Numbered from the stretch's first letter, positions 1 through 9,757 are shown. The stretch: 64,000 bases of DNA from an uncultured Erysipelotrichia bacterium (GCA_964593055.1 CAZQIG010000006.1:28668-92667); one strand, 5' to 3'. Made by a program: numbers and translations. The notes: generated by a model from the letters alone, not told the origin.

Positions 1-444
1 AGTAGTGTAGCTTTTGCAGATAAATTCATTAATATTGCAACAGAAAATGATGAAGTTGTAAAAATTACTGTAGATGATGAAGAAAAGGCAGCTGTTGAAA
101 GTTCTTTTAGTCAAAAAGTTGCCGTACGAGTGGCAGAAATGACTGAAAATTATATAGGTGATTTTCCTTTTACACTCCGTTGTCAGAGTGAATTTGAATG
201 TCGAATTTATAGTGTTTTAAATCAGTTACCTAAAGATAGAGTAATTAATTTAAAAGAAATTATTCAAGAATTGGATTTAAAAAAAGGAAGTGTGGCAGTG
301 GGGAAAGTTTTACATAATTGTCCATATCAATTTATTTTTCCAATCCATAATATAAAAACTAATAATCGCTATATAGAAGTCTTTAATGGTAATAGTAAAT
401 TATCGGCATTTATGCAAGATAATTTAAACAGTAATGTGGTATAA
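1..444 (+). CDS. Alkyltransferase-like / MGMT-fold DNA-binding protein, 5'-partial; the frame is open from base 1
   Basis: Reading from position 1 in the frame of the 130..444 ORF gives no stop, so this is the C-terminus of a longer protein. It carries the MGMT C-terminal helix-turn-helix (VAVGKVLHNCPYQFIFPIHNI). The canonical PCHRV active-site Cys is replaced (P-I-H-N). Confidence 0.5.
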   Translation, partial: SSVAFADKFINIATENDEVVKITVDDEEKAAVESSFSQKVAVRVAEMTENYIGDFPFTLRCQSEFECRIYSVLNQLPKDRVINLKEIIQELDLKKGSVAVGKVLHNCPYQFIFPIHNIKTNNRYIEVFNGNSKLSAFMQDNLNSNVV

Positions 445-452
445 TAATTGCG

Positions 453-2375
453 GTGAATATTATGAGAAAAAAATTAAGCTTTAAAAATATTTTTAACAAA
501 AAAAAATTATGGAGTAAGTACTTACTGATTTCAACATTCCTTTTAATTATTGTGAATGATATTTTACTACGTATTTTATTAGGAACTAATTTTTTGATTT
601 TGAAACCGTTTATTGCAAATTTGTTATTTTTAGTCTTAATCTTAGTACCCGTTTTATTTATTCCTAGAATTTTTCAGAAAACATATTTTATTTTTACATG
701 GTGGTTTTTAACAGTTATTACAGCGTTAAATTTTTTGTATTATTCTTATTTTTCAAATTTTCTTTCTTTTTCTCAGTTGATCCAATTAAAGATTATTTCT
801 GATGTTGGTTCTAGTGTTGTTGATGCTTTTAATCCATTAGTTTTCTTTTTCTTAATAATGCCGATTTTGTTGACCGTTATTTTTAAAAAAAATCGTCATA
901 AAATCAATTTGACACCATTAAGAGGTGGGGTGTATTCAATTGCTTATGTTGCTTCAACATTATTGTTATTACTTCTATTAAATGGAGCAATTTTAACGAG
1001 AACTGATATTTCAAGGGTATTTAAAATGTGGAATCGTGAGAGTGTAGTCAGTACAGTTGGGGTGTATACTTATCAGTTATCAGATTTTTATAAAGTAGTT
1101 TCTACTAATTTCTTTAGTAATGCGAGCGATTTTGAAAAGACGCAGGAAGATTTTGATAATTTCTTTTCAGTTAAAAAGGCTCCTGAAAAAAATGAGTATT
1201 CAAATATTTTAGAAGGAAAAGATGTCTATTATATTCATTTTGAAAGTGCGCAGTCATTTGCTTTAGATATGCTTGATGAGAGTGGAAGTGAGATTACACC
1301 TAATTTAAATAAGTTAAAAAACAATTCATTATATTTTAGCAATTTTCATTCACAAGTTGGCTATGGAACGAGTAGTGATACGGAATTGAATTTGTCAACA
1401 GGTCTTTATTCTTTACAAATGGGTTCAGCTTTTTTGAATAATGCTCATAATAATTATACTTCTTTTGAAAAACTTTTGAAGGAAAAAGGTTATGACATCT
1501 ATGCTTTTCATGGAAATAAAGGTGCTTTCTGGAATCGTGAAGAAATGTATAAAAGTTTAGGATATGATGATTTTTACAGTTTAGAAGATTTTAATTATAC
1601 AGAGGATGTTTTATTAGGAGCAAGTGGGTTAAAAGGGTTAAATGATGAATACTTTTTTAAAGAGTCAGTTGCAGAGATTGCTAGATTAAAGCAAAGTAAT
1701 AATAATCCGCTATTTGCTAAGCTGATTACTTTATCACATCATCATCCTTTTACCGATTCAGCTGCTTTAGGTAACCTTAATTTAGAAGGAATGAAAGAAA
1801 AAGCACCTAGTTTGGAGAGATATTTACAATCTTTAAATTATGCTGATTATGCTTTAGGTATTTACTTAGAAGAAATGGAAAAAGCAGGTTTGTTAGATAA
1901 TGCAGCAATTGTTTTATATGGTGATCATGATGCGAAGTTAAATGCAAGTAATTATAAGTATTTAGAGAAGCAAAAAGGTGATGATACTTTAACTACATAT
2001 GATCATAAGATGTATAAAAAGGTTCCGTTGATGATTTATACAAAAGATGGAGACTTGAGTAAAGAAATTACTAATGTTACTGGAATGATTGATGTTTATG
2101 CAATTATGACAAATATGTTAAATATTTATAATCCGTATTCATTTTCTGTTGATACAACTGTTGATGAATCACCGATATTTTTTGTAAATGGTAGTATTTT
2201 AACTAATGATTACTATTTTGATGCTACTGAATCTATTTGGTATTATAATGGAGTAGTAGATGATGAAAGTAATGCACTAGAATTAAAGAGTTCTTTACTT
2301 GAGTTAAGAGATATTGAGTTAAATTTATCTTCAGATATTATTTTAAACGATTATTTTGCAATATTATTGCAATGA
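453..2375 (+). CDS. LtaS-family membrane sulfatase (lipoteichoic acid synthase / phosphoglycerol transferase-like)
   Basis: The N-terminal roughly 170 aa form five hydrophobic helices. A large extracytoplasmic sulfatase-type domain follows (HFESAQSF, GTSSDTE, LSHHHPF, YGDHD). This is the LtaS architecture. Confidence 0.6.
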   Translation: MNIMRKKLSFKNIFNKKKLWSKYLLISTFLLIIVNDILLRILLGTNFLILKPFIANLLFLVLILVPVLFIPRIFQKTYFIFTWWFLTVITALNFLYYSYFSNFLSFSQLIQLKIISDVGSSVVDAFNPLVFFFLIMPILLTVIFKKNRHKINLTPLRGGVYSIAYVASTLLLLLLLNGAILTRTDISRVFKMWNRESVVSTVGVYTYQLSDFYKVVSTNFFSNASDFEKTQEDFDNFFSVKKAPEKNEYSNILEGKDVYYIHFESAQSFALDMLDESGSEITPNLNKLKNNSLYFSNFHSQVGYGTSSDTELNLSTGLYSLQMGSAFLNNAHNNYTSFEKLLKEKGYDIYAFHGNKGAFWNREEMYKSLGYDDFYSLEDFNYTEDVLLGASGLKGLNDEYFFKESVAEIARLKQSNNNPLFAKLITLSHHHPFTDSAALGNLNLEGMKEKAPSLERYLQSLNYADYALGIYLEEMEKAGLLDNAAIVLYGDHDAKLNASNYKYLEKQKGDDTLTTYDHKMYKKVPLMIYTKDGDLSKEITNVTGMIDVYAIMTNMLNIYNPYSFSVDTTVDESPIFFVNGSILTNDYYFDATESIWYYNGVVDDESNALELKSSLLELRDIELNLSSDIILNDYFAILLQ

Positions 2376-2403
2376 AAAAGCCCTATGATAGGGCTTTTTT
2401 ATT
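2376..2403. terminator. Bidirectional rho-independent terminator between convergent genes
   Basis: AAAAAGCCCTATGATAGGGCTTTTTT is a perfect hairpin flanked by A and T runs. Confidence 0.6.
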
Positions 2404-2488
2404 TGTGTTTTTACAAGTATCTAGTATTTATAGTTGATTATTTTTTATTTTAAAGTTGACATCATGGATTGGAAAATCATAATAAAGC

Positions 2489-3208
2489 TTAATCATCTAA
2501 TGATTTATTATTGTTGTTTAAATGATTTCTTAATTGCCAGTAACCGTATGATCCAGCGATTAAAGCACCTACAGTTGCAAGGGCAAAGTCAGACATTGTA
2601 TCACTTAATCCAGGATCAACATACCTTCCTGTTTCTAAAATATAAGGTTCAAATTGTTCTGGTTCAATGATGTTGGGGTCTTCTAAGACAATACTTCGTT
2701 GCATATTTCCCCCTGTAATTTGGTCATAACCGTATTCGTAAAATTCCCAAAATACAGCAATTGATAGGCTAGTTAAAACACCCATTACAACAATAAAGAG
2801 AATTTCTTTAGAGTTTTTGCTTTTTCCAAAGTTAGTAACAATGAAAAAGTTGATAATAATAATACTTGTCAAACCTAATAGGATTCCTGATGAGAAGTGT
2901 AATAAAACATCCCACCATCCAAATAGTTCATAAAAATTTAAATAGCTTCCTAAGTATAATGAGAAAAAGGCAAAAATCATCGCTACGTAATAAAATGGGG
3001 CAGGGATGTTAAAACTTTGATTTTTAAAAACTTTTTCACTAACGATATATGCAATTAAAAATAGTGCAGTAATAATCGTATTTGAGAAATCAACATTATT
3101 AATACCACTTTTTAAAATAATAATCGTATTGATTATTAGTCCTACTGATATTATTAAGCTAAATGAACCTATTATTAAATAGTCAGTAAATTTTTCGATT
3201 TTTTTCAT
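2489..3208 (-). CDS. Integral membrane protein, function unknown
   Basis: A 239-aa ORF on the - strand with about six hydrophobic helices. It converges with the LtaS gene at the shared terminator. Confidence 0.4.
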   Translation of the reverse strand: MKKIEKFTDYLIIGSFSLIISVGLIINTIIILKSGINNVDFSNTIITALFLIAYIVSEKVFKNQSFNIPAPFYYVAMIFAFFSLYLGSYLNFYELFGWWDVLLHFSSGILLGLTSIIIINFFIVTNFGKSKNSKEILFIVVMGVLTSLSIAVFWEFYEYGYDQITGGNMQRSIVLEDPNIIEPEQFEPYILETGRYVDPGLSDTMSDFALATVGALIAGSYGYWQLRNHLNNNNKSLDD

Positions 3209-3298
3209 AATTTATCACCTATAGTAATACTAACATGTTATTTCTAAAAAGAAAAGGAAAATAGTCTAAATATTTGAATAGTTAGTAGAGGTGATTGA

Positions 3299-4012
3299 AT
3301 GTTGAAGATTTCAAATTTACATTATGCATATCTTAATAATAAAGTTCTTTATGGGGTAGAAATGTGCTTAGAAGATAGTAAAATATATTGTTTAGCTGGT
3401 CATAATGGTAGTGGGAAAACAACCATTATTAATTTATTGACTAATATTTTAAAGTTACAAGAAGGTAGTATTAATTATAATAATTTAGAGATGAATGATT
3501 TTTTAAAGCAAAGAGAGATTTATTATATTGCTAGTGATTTTTATTTACCGGAATATTTTAGTGGCCGAGAATATTTGAAATTTATGGCTTGTCTTTATCA
3601 AGTATCTTTTAAAGAAACAGAGGTTCAACAACTTTGTGAATTATTTAAAATTAAAAATCGTTTAAGTGATTTGATAAGTGAGTATTCTTATGGTATGAAA
3701 AGAAAGTTGCAATTAATTTGTGCATTTTTATTGAAAAGACAATTGCTAATTTTAGATGAAACATTAAGTGGTCTAGATTTAGAAGCTTTAATTATCACGA
3801 AAAAGCTTCTGCGAAGATATGTTAGAGGAGGAAAAGTTATTTTATTTGCAACACATGATTTACATTTAGCTGAGCAACTTTGTGATGAAGTGTTTATTTT
3901 ACGATCGGGAATTATTGTAGCTAATGGTACTATTGAGAAGTTAAAGTGTGAGTATAAAAGAAGTTTTGAAGAGTTGTTTTTATATTTATCAGGATTAAAT
4001 TATGTTAAATAG
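3299..4012 (+). CDS. ABC transporter ATP-binding protein
   Basis: Walker A is GHNGSGKTT, the ABC signature is YSYGMKRKL and Walker B is LLILDE. Confidence 0.8.
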   Translation: MLKISNLHYAYLNNKVLYGVEMCLEDSKIYCLAGHNGSGKTTIINLLTNILKLQEGSINYNNLEMNDFLKQREIYYIASDFYLPEYFSGREYLKFMACLYQVSFKETEVQQLCELFKIKNRLSDLISEYSYGMKRKLQLICAFLLKRQLLILDETLSGLDLEALIITKKLLRRYVRGGKVILFATHDLHLAEQLCDEVFILRSGIIVANGTIEKLKCEYKRSFEELFLYLSGLNYVK

Positions 4013-5414
4013 GGATTATTATTATTTAGGGTTAATGTTCTATCGATATTTTAAAAGAAAGTTAATCAACAACAATTTTTTCAAAAAGTGGGAAAATCGT
4101 CTAATGTTTTTTATTTGCTGCATTACAGCGTATTTTTTATTAATTTATAGTATTTATCTATTTTTAGAAAAAGCACAAAATATCCCATTTTTATATTTAA
4201 GAATGATTATTTTATCATATAATAATAATTTTGTTTTATTAACAATGCTCGTTTTTATCTCACTTAAATTTATTACTTTAAGTAGTATGAAATTTTTAGA
4301 ATATACGTATACGTTACCTATCTCTATGAATGTTCGTAATAAAAGTTTTTTATTATTTGAATGTGTTAGCGCTTTTATTATTTTACTTATTTTAAGTAGT
4401 ATTTTTATTTTACCGTTTATTATGGTGTTTAAGCTTAGTAGTTTTATAGAATTATTGTTACCTATTTTATTTAATGTCGTAACGATAATTTTATTTAGTA
4501 ATCTTTTATTCTACTTCATTATTACAAAAATTAAGCTTAAAATTTATTTTAAATATACACTTGTTTTTACGAGTTATTTTATGTTAATCATTTTAGGATA
4601 TACGTATGCTCAAGAGCTGGCTTTTTTTATAAATTCTCATGATGTAAAACTTAATATTTTCAATTATTATTTGTACTGTTATTATAACTACGGTCTATTA
4701 TCAATGATTTTATTATTTGTAATGATTATTTCTATAAATATCTTAGTCATTTTATTTTTAAAATTTGATGTATATATTTATTACAACGAATATTATAAGA
4801 TAGGAAACTTATTCACTTGTCAAAATCCGTTAATAATGTATTTGCAAAAAGGCTTGTTGAGAATTATTCGTCATTTTGTGAATTTAAATTTTTTAATAAC
4901 ACTTATTTTCCTCTCATTATTAATAATATTATTTAAAGGTAGATTTAGCATTCAAGGATTAATTATTCTAGTAACTTTATTGAGTTATGAAGGATATGCT
5001 AAAACATATTTAGAAAGGCCATTTATGTATGTTTATAATGTTAAGCGATACTATCAATTAGTAGAATATATTATTTCGCCATTGCTAATTTTAGGAGTTT
5101 TTTCTTGTTGGATTTTTTGTTTAAATACTTTGTTTTTTGAAGAAGTTATCAACAGTAAGTACTATTTGCTTTGCTTATGCAGTTTGATCTTAAATGTTTT
5201 GTTAGGAATAATTTTTCCAGCGTATGATAATAATCCTTTGAGTCCTATTTTTAGTATAATGTTGATTTTAGTATTAGCAGTTATTTTGAATTTTTGTTTA
5301 GCATTTTTTGAAATAACATATTTTTATCATTCAAGAGCACTTATGGTGTATATATTTTTAGGTATTGTGGGATGTTATTGTTTACTGTGGTATAAAGATT
5401 GGTGGTTAAAATGA
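4002..5414 (+). CDS. ABC-2-type polytopic permease, partner of the preceding ATPase
   Basis: Its start overlaps the ATPase stop. The protein is 470 aa and almost entirely hydrophobic helices. Confidence 0.5.
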   Translation: MLNRDYYYLGLMFYRYFKRKLINNNFFKKWENRLMFFICCITAYFLLIYSIYLFLEKAQNIPFLYLRMIILSYNNNFVLLTMLVFISLKFITLSSMKFLEYTYTLPISMNVRNKSFLLFECVSAFIILLILSSIFILPFIMVFKLSSFIELLLPILFNVVTIILFSNLLFYFIITKIKLKIYFKYTLVFTSYFMLIILGYTYAQELAFFINSHDVKLNIFNYYLYCYYNYGLLSMILLFVMIISINILVILFLKFDVYIYYNEYYKIGNLFTCQNPLIMYLQKGLLRIIRHFVNLNFLITLIFLSLLIILFKGRFSIQGLIILVTLLSYEGYAKTYLERPFMYVYNVKRYYQLVEYIISPLLILGVFSCWIFCLNTLFFEEVINSKYYLLCLCSLILNVLLGIIFPAYDNNPLSPIFSIMLILVLAVILNFCLAFFEITYFYHSRALMVYIFLGIVGCYCLLWYKDWWLK

Positions 5415-5680
5415 ATTTTAAAATGCGTTTATTTTGGACTTTTATTATAGTAGTGTTAACGTTACTGCTTTTGTTTGTTTTTCTGTTAGTTAAAAGTGAA
5501 CCACTCGGAAAGCATGAAATTTTATTTGCAACACTTTTTTTAGAAGCTATTAAAGTAGGTGATGTTGTCAGTGTAGAAGTAGGGATAGGTGATAAGTTCA
5601 TAAGAAATTTTATAATAATCAGCGCTATTAGTTTTTGCTTGACGTTTATAGTAGATTTAGGAAAGGTGGTGAGAAAGTGA
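5399..5680 (+). CDS. Small membrane protein (hypothetical)
   Basis: A 93-aa ORF with two predicted TM helices. It overlaps the next ORF in another frame, so it could be one gene split by a frameshift. Confidence 0.25.
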   Translation: MVVKMNFKMRLFWTFIIVVLTLLLLFVFLLVKSEPLGKHEILFATLFLEAIKVGDVVSVEVGIGDKFIRNFIIISAISFCLTFIVDLGKVVRK

Positions 5681-5913
5681 TGATTCGCGTATATGATAAT
5701 TTTATGTTGATGCCCATATTATTAAAAAATCCTAAATTGTTATTTGCAGAGGGATTTGTAACAGTATTACTTGCTGTAGTACTAGCTTTTGCAGTTGTAA
5801 TTACAACTGGTTTAGCTATTTGGTGTGTTGTTAGTCAAAATGGAGAAGTACTAGTTGATTGGAAGTGGAGTATTTATGGAGTTAAAATAAAAGCTGAATG
5901 TGCAACTATTTAA
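5635..5913 (+). CDS. Small membrane protein (hypothetical)
   Basis: A hydrophobic 92-aa ORF. Confidence 0.25.
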   Translation: MLDVYSRFRKGGEKVMIRVYDNFMLMPILLKNPKLLFAEGFVTVLLAVVLAFAVVITTGLAIWCVVSQNGEVLVDWKWSIYGVKIKAECATI

Positions 5914-6328
5914 GTTATATTTTATTTTATGGTTTTATTTATTGAGAAGATATCATTTATTTTTTATATTATTTTTAATTTGGGCTTCATTTATCCAAGT
6001 TAAAAGTCATCTGGCCATATTGCTAATTTTTCATTTAGTACACAGTTTTGTTATTCATGAGCTATCACATTATTTCGTTAGTAAATATCTATTGAAAATG
6101 CCGACGATAACTTTTTTTACAGCTCATAAAATTAAAGTAGTTTGTGTTAGTCAACTTTCAAACTATAAATTACTATTTTTTTATAGTAGTGGAGCACTAG
6201 GTAGTAGTTTTTTCGCAATTATATTTCCCTCATATGCTTTATTTTATATTGCACAACTAGTATTTTTATTACCTTGCTTTAAAGATGGATATAATTGTTT
6301 GATGATTATGAGGTCTTTTGTAAAATAA
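5900..6328 (+). CDS. Small polytopic membrane protein with an HExxH motif (possible mini intramembrane metalloprotease)
   Basis: VIHELSHYF sits inside a predicted TM helix and a later KDGYN motif follows. This resembles the HExxH...DG pattern of M50-like proteases. Confidence 0.3.
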   Translation: MQLFKLYFILWFYLLRRYHLFFILFLIWASFIQVKSHLAILLIFHLVHSFVIHELSHYFVSKYLLKMPTITFFTAHKIKVVCVSQLSNYKLLFFYSSGALGSSFFAIIFPSYALFYIAQLVFLLPCFKDGYNCLMIMRSFVK

Positions 6329-6346
6329 GGTATTTTCTGTTATAAT
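6318..6346 (+). promoter_or_regulatory. Sigma-A-like promoter upstream of pepA
   Basis: TTGTAA, then 17 nt, then TATAAT, sitting 30 nt upstream of the GGAAGGTG ribosome-binding site (RBS). Confidence 0.35.
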
Positions 6347-6376
6347 CAAGTAAATTCGATTAAGGAAGGTGAAATA

Positions 6377-7717
6377 ATGTTTGACAGTAAAAAAAGTATC
6401 ATTGTCCATTTGAATGAAGAAGTAGCTGAGTATTTTAAAGATTTTGCACAATATTTTCCAAAAGAAGAGGATTTTAAACAAGTTGCTACTTTAGGAAAGT
6501 ATGATTTTAGTTATATTTATTTTACTAATTTTAAAAGTACTAAAGAAAATTTTGCTAAGCTTTTTAAAACAGTTGAAGAAGATGTAAAGTTATTTACTGC
6601 TACTTATGATGATTATAGTGATGTTGTTTGGGCCAGTACTTTAGCTTTTGAACTTGTGAATTATCGTTTCGAAAAGTATAAGAGTGAAAAAGATGTGATT
6701 AATCATACATTAGAATTTGATATTTTAAATGATGAAGTTCATAAAGCACAAATTTATAGTCGAGGGATTAATAATACAAGAACACTTGTGAATGAACCTA
6801 GTAATAGTTTGACAGTAACTCAATTGAGTGAATATATGAAAAATTTGGCTAGTGATTGCTCGATGAGTTATGATGAAGTTACGTATGAAGAACTAGTAGA
6901 AATGAAAGCAGGAGGAATTTTAGCGGTAAATGCGGGTAGTTCTGAAAAAGCACGTATTTCAATTTTAAAGTATCAAGGAAAATCAACATTTGAAAAACCA
7001 ATCGCATTAGTAGGTAAAGGACTGATTTTTGATACTGGTGGCTATAGTTTAAAACCTACTACTGGAATTGTTGGGATGAAAACAGATATGGGTGGTGCAG
7101 CAACAATGCTTGGGGTAATTGAAATAATTGCCAAATTAAAGTTGCCTGTTAATATTATTTGTGCTATTCCAATTACTGATAATTTAATTAATGAGAAGGC
7201 ATATCGACCTGATGATGTTATAAAGATGTTAAATAAGAAGACTGTGGAAATTATTTCGACAGATGCTGAAGGTCGTTTGATTTTAGCAGATGCTTTAACA
7301 TATATTCAAAAGTATGATCCCCAATTAATTGTAGATGCTGCTACTTTAACAGGGGCAGTTTTAGTAGCGTTAGGAACTAAAACGGCTGGTGTTTTTTCTA
7401 ATGAGTATGAATTAGGACAGAAATTTGTAAAAACTTGTTTAACAAATTCTGAGTTGGCTTGGCAACTACCAATTAATGAAAATCATCGTAGTATGATTAA
7501 AGGGAAAATTGCTGATTTATCAAATTCAGGTGGTCGTTATGGTGGATCTTCAACGGCAGCAGCATTTTTAGAAAATTTTGTAGAAGATAAACCATGGATT
7601 CATTTAGATATAGCTGGAGTTGCTGCTAGTGAAAAGCCAACGAATTTAGGAATTAAGGGAGGCACTGGTGCAATTGTGCTATCATTAGTAAAATTTATCG
7701 AAGATTATGGCATTTAA
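6377..7717 (+). CDS. pepA: Leucyl aminopeptidase, M17 family
   Basis: The M17 signature NTDAEGRL is present, together with GKGLIFDTGG, MKTDMGGAA and NTRTLVNEP. Confidence 0.85.
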   Translation: MFDSKKSIIVHLNEEVAEYFKDFAQYFPKEEDFKQVATLGKYDFSYIYFTNFKSTKENFAKLFKTVEEDVKLFTATYDDYSDVVWASTLAFELVNYRFEKYKSEKDVINHTLEFDILNDEVHKAQIYSRGINNTRTLVNEPSNSLTVTQLSEYMKNLASDCSMSYDEVTYEELVEMKAGGILAVNAGSSEKARISILKYQGKSTFEKPIALVGKGLIFDTGGYSLKPTTGIVGMKTDMGGAATMLGVIEIIAKLKLPVNIICAIPITDNLINEKAYRPDDVIKMLNKKTVEIISTDAEGRLILADALTYIQKYDPQLIVDAATLTGAVLVALGTKTAGVFSNEYELGQKFVKTCLTNSELAWQLPINENHRSMIKGKIADLSNSGGRYGGSSTAAAFLENFVEDKPWIHLDIAGVAASEKPTNLGIKGGTGAIVLSLVKFIEDYGI

Positions 7718-7970
7718 GATATTAGTAAGTTATTTAATATTTATTAATATTATTGGTTTTATTTTTATGTATTATGATAAAAGAATGGCAATCAAAGGTA
7801 AGTGGCGTATTAAGGAAAAAACTTTACTCTTATTAGGTTTATTAGGTGCAGCACCATTAATGATATTAGCAATGAAAACTTTTAAGCATAAAGTTAATAA
7901 AATAAAATTTTTGCTTATCTTTATTTTTAGTATAATTATGTGGACTTGGATAACAACTATAGTCATTTGA
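7707..7970 (+). CDS. DUF1294-family small membrane protein
   Basis: YYDKRMAIKGKWRIKEKTLLLLGLLGAAP matches the DUF1294 pattern D(K/R)xxA...WRIxE...G(G/A). Confidence 0.55.
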   Translation: MAFKILVSYLIFINIIGFIFMYYDKRMAIKGKWRIKEKTLLLLGLLGAAPLMILAMKTFKHKVNKIKFLLIFIFSIIMWTWITTIVI

Positions 7971-7987
7971 CTGTAGTTGTTATTATT

Positions 7988-8030
7988 TGACAAAAATTAA
8001 CAGAAGGTGTATAATCGAACAAATGTTTGC
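7988..8030 (+). promoter_or_regulatory. Promoter with an overlapping LexA (Cheo/SOS) box for the Y-family polymerase operon
   Basis: TTGACA, then 17 nt, then TATAAT. CGAACAAATGTTTG follows immediately, a near-consensus Bacillus-type SOS box (CGAAC-N4-GTTCG). Confidence 0.45.
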
Positions 8031-8044
8031 TTCGGAGGTGAGTT

Positions 8045-9289
8045 ATGCATCGTCAAATTGTTTGTATTGATTTGAAAACGTTTTATGCTTCATGTGAATG
8101 TATTGATAGAGGTCTAAATCCCCATAAAACTTCTTTAGTAGTTACTGATATCAAACGTGGTGGTAATAGCAGTATTACTTTAGCAGTAACACCTTATTTG
8201 AAAAAATTAGGAGTTAAAAGTAGATGTCGAGTATTTGAATTACCCCGTATTTCTAATATTATTTATGTACGACCAAGAATGCGTTTTTATTTACAAAAAT
8301 CGATGGAAATTTTAAATATTTATTACGATTTTTTTAGTGAAGAAGATATTTATGTTTATTCTGTTGATGAAGTTTTTATTGATTTAACGCCTTATTTAAA
8401 GCTCTATAATAAGTCGAGTGTAGAGTTAATAAAAATGGTTATCAGTAAAATTTATGAGCAAACTAAATTAGAAGCTTGTGCTGGTATTGGTGAAAATATG
8501 GTCATTGCTAAATTAGCTTTAGATATTAAAGCCAAAAAGCATAAAAATAGTATTTGCTATTGGTCTTTACAAGATTTTCAAGATAATCTATGGCCTATGA
8601 AAGATTTACATAAAGTTTGGGGAATTGGTTTTGCAATGGAAAAAAGATTGAATTCTTTAGGTATTAAAACAATTGGAGAGCTTGCTATATATGATCGTAA
8701 CTTAATGAAAAAGCAATTAGGAATTTATGGTGTATCTTTAATTGATAAAGCTAATGGAATTGATTATGATGTTATTTCTCATAGTCATCATGAAATATTA
8801 CCAAAAAGTATTGGTCAAGCTCAAACTTTAATGACAATGTATCGTAAAGAAGAGATTCCTCTGTTGTTTAAAGAAATGGCAGAAGAACTTTGTATGAAAT
8901 TACGTATAAAAAACATTGGTGCTAAAACAGTACAATTTTTTGTGAGCTATGATCGAAAATCAAACTCTAAAGTCTTTAACAAAGCTTTTAGTTTAGATTT
9001 TACAACTGATTCAGTTGAAGATATTATGGAAGTTATTAATTTCTTCGTGCATGAGTACTGTCTAAATTATGGAATAAAGAAAGTTGGATTGTCATTAACT
9101 AATTTATCTTATCTAAAATCTAAGCAATTAAATTTATTTTACGATGTAATTGAAAATGAAAAAATAAATCAAACTAGGGATTTAATTAGAACTAAATATG
9201 GGAAAAATAGTTTAGGTTATGCAAGTAAGCTTTTAAGTCATTCAACAGCTTTAAAACGCAGTAAGTTGATAGGAGGTCATCATGAGTAA
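8045..9289 (+). CDS. Y-family translesion DNA polymerase (UmuC/DinB-like)
   Basis: The N-terminus VCIDLKTFYASCE matches the UmuC/ImpB motif (xxDxxSFYASCE). The length of 414 aa fits the family. It is followed by a YolD-like gene and preceded by an SOS box. Confidence 0.75.
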   Translation: MHRQIVCIDLKTFYASCECIDRGLNPHKTSLVVTDIKRGGNSSITLAVTPYLKKLGVKSRCRVFELPRISNIIYVRPRMRFYLQKSMEILNIYYDFFSEEDIYVYSVDEVFIDLTPYLKLYNKSSVELIKMVISKIYEQTKLEACAGIGENMVIAKLALDIKAKKHKNSICYWSLQDFQDNLWPMKDLHKVWGIGFAMEKRLNSLGIKTIGELAIYDRNLMKKQLGIYGVSLIDKANGIDYDVISHSHHEILPKSIGQAQTLMTMYRKEEIPLLFKEMAEELCMKLRIKNIGAKTVQFFVSYDRKSNSKVFNKAFSLDFTTDSVEDIMEVINFFVHEYCLNYGIKKVGLSLTNLSYLKSKQLNLFYDVIENEKINQTRDLIRTKYGKNSLGYASKLLSHSTALKRSKLIGGHHE

Positions 9290-9593
9290 GAAAATAAAAA
9301 ATAAGACACCTTTTTATGCATTAGAAAATTTGCTTGATACGATTGATAAAACTAGAACTTCTAGGAATAAGGTAGAAAAATTAATATTGAGTGAAGATAA
9401 ATTACAAGAAATCAATAAAACTATCGGTGAAGCTATTAAGTTATCACTTGATATTGAAATTGAATATTTTAATAATGGTATTATTGAAACTCTACAAGGT
9501 AAAATTGAAAAAGTTGATGTTTTTCAAAAATGTATTGTTTTAAATACGAAATCTTTACAATTTCAGAATATTTTAGATGTTAACTTTATTTAA
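9282..9593 (+). CDS. YolD-like protein (UmuD-surrogate partner of Gram-positive Y-family polymerases)
   Basis: A 103-aa ORF translationally coupled to the polymerase gene. This matches the yqjW-yqjX / uvrX-yolD arrangement. Confidence 0.45.
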   Translation: MSKKIKNKTPFYALENLLDTIDKTRTSRNKVEKLILSEDKLQEINKTIGEAIKLSLDIEIEYFNNGIIETLQGKIEKVDVFQKCIVLNTKSLQFQNILDVNFI

Positions 9594-9627
9594 ACCATAG
9601 TAGTTATTAGATTTAATGTAAAATCTA

Positions 9628-9656
9628 TTGCATTTATAATAGTGAAGTGATATAAT
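9628..9656 (+). promoter_or_regulatory. Promoter of tRNA-Leu
   Basis: TTGCAT, then 17 nt, then TATAAT, about 17 nt upstream of the tRNA 5' end. Confidence 0.35.
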
Positions 9657-9673
9657 TATTAGGCGTAAAGCAT

Positions 9674-9757
9674 GCGGGTGTGGCGGAATTGGTAGACGCA
9701 CTAGACTTAGGATCTAGCGCCTTTGGCGTGGGGGTTCGACTCCCTTCACCCGTACCA
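9674..9757 (+). tRNA. tRNA-Leu (anticodon UAG)
   Basis: A cloverleaf can be drawn. The acceptor is GCGGGTG/CACCCGT. The anticodon stem CTAGA/TCTAG carries the loop CTTAGGA, which puts TAG at the anticodon position. A long variable arm CGCC-TTT-GGCG is present, the T-loop is TTCGACT and the 3' CCA is encoded. Confidence 0.85.

Noticed and set aside
2434-2670. 78-aa + strand ORF
   Set aside because: It is antisense to the better-supported 239-aa membrane-protein gene and lies within the terminator region. It has no RBS, and its composition is typical of an AT-rich shadow frame.
5341-5601. 86-aa - strand ORF
   Set aside because: It is antisense to the end of the ABC permease and to the small membrane ORF. 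It has no RBS.
7772-7993. 73-aa - strand ORF overlapping the DUF1294 gene
   Set aside because: This is an antisense shadow ORF. The DUF1294 reading has a recognisable family motif.
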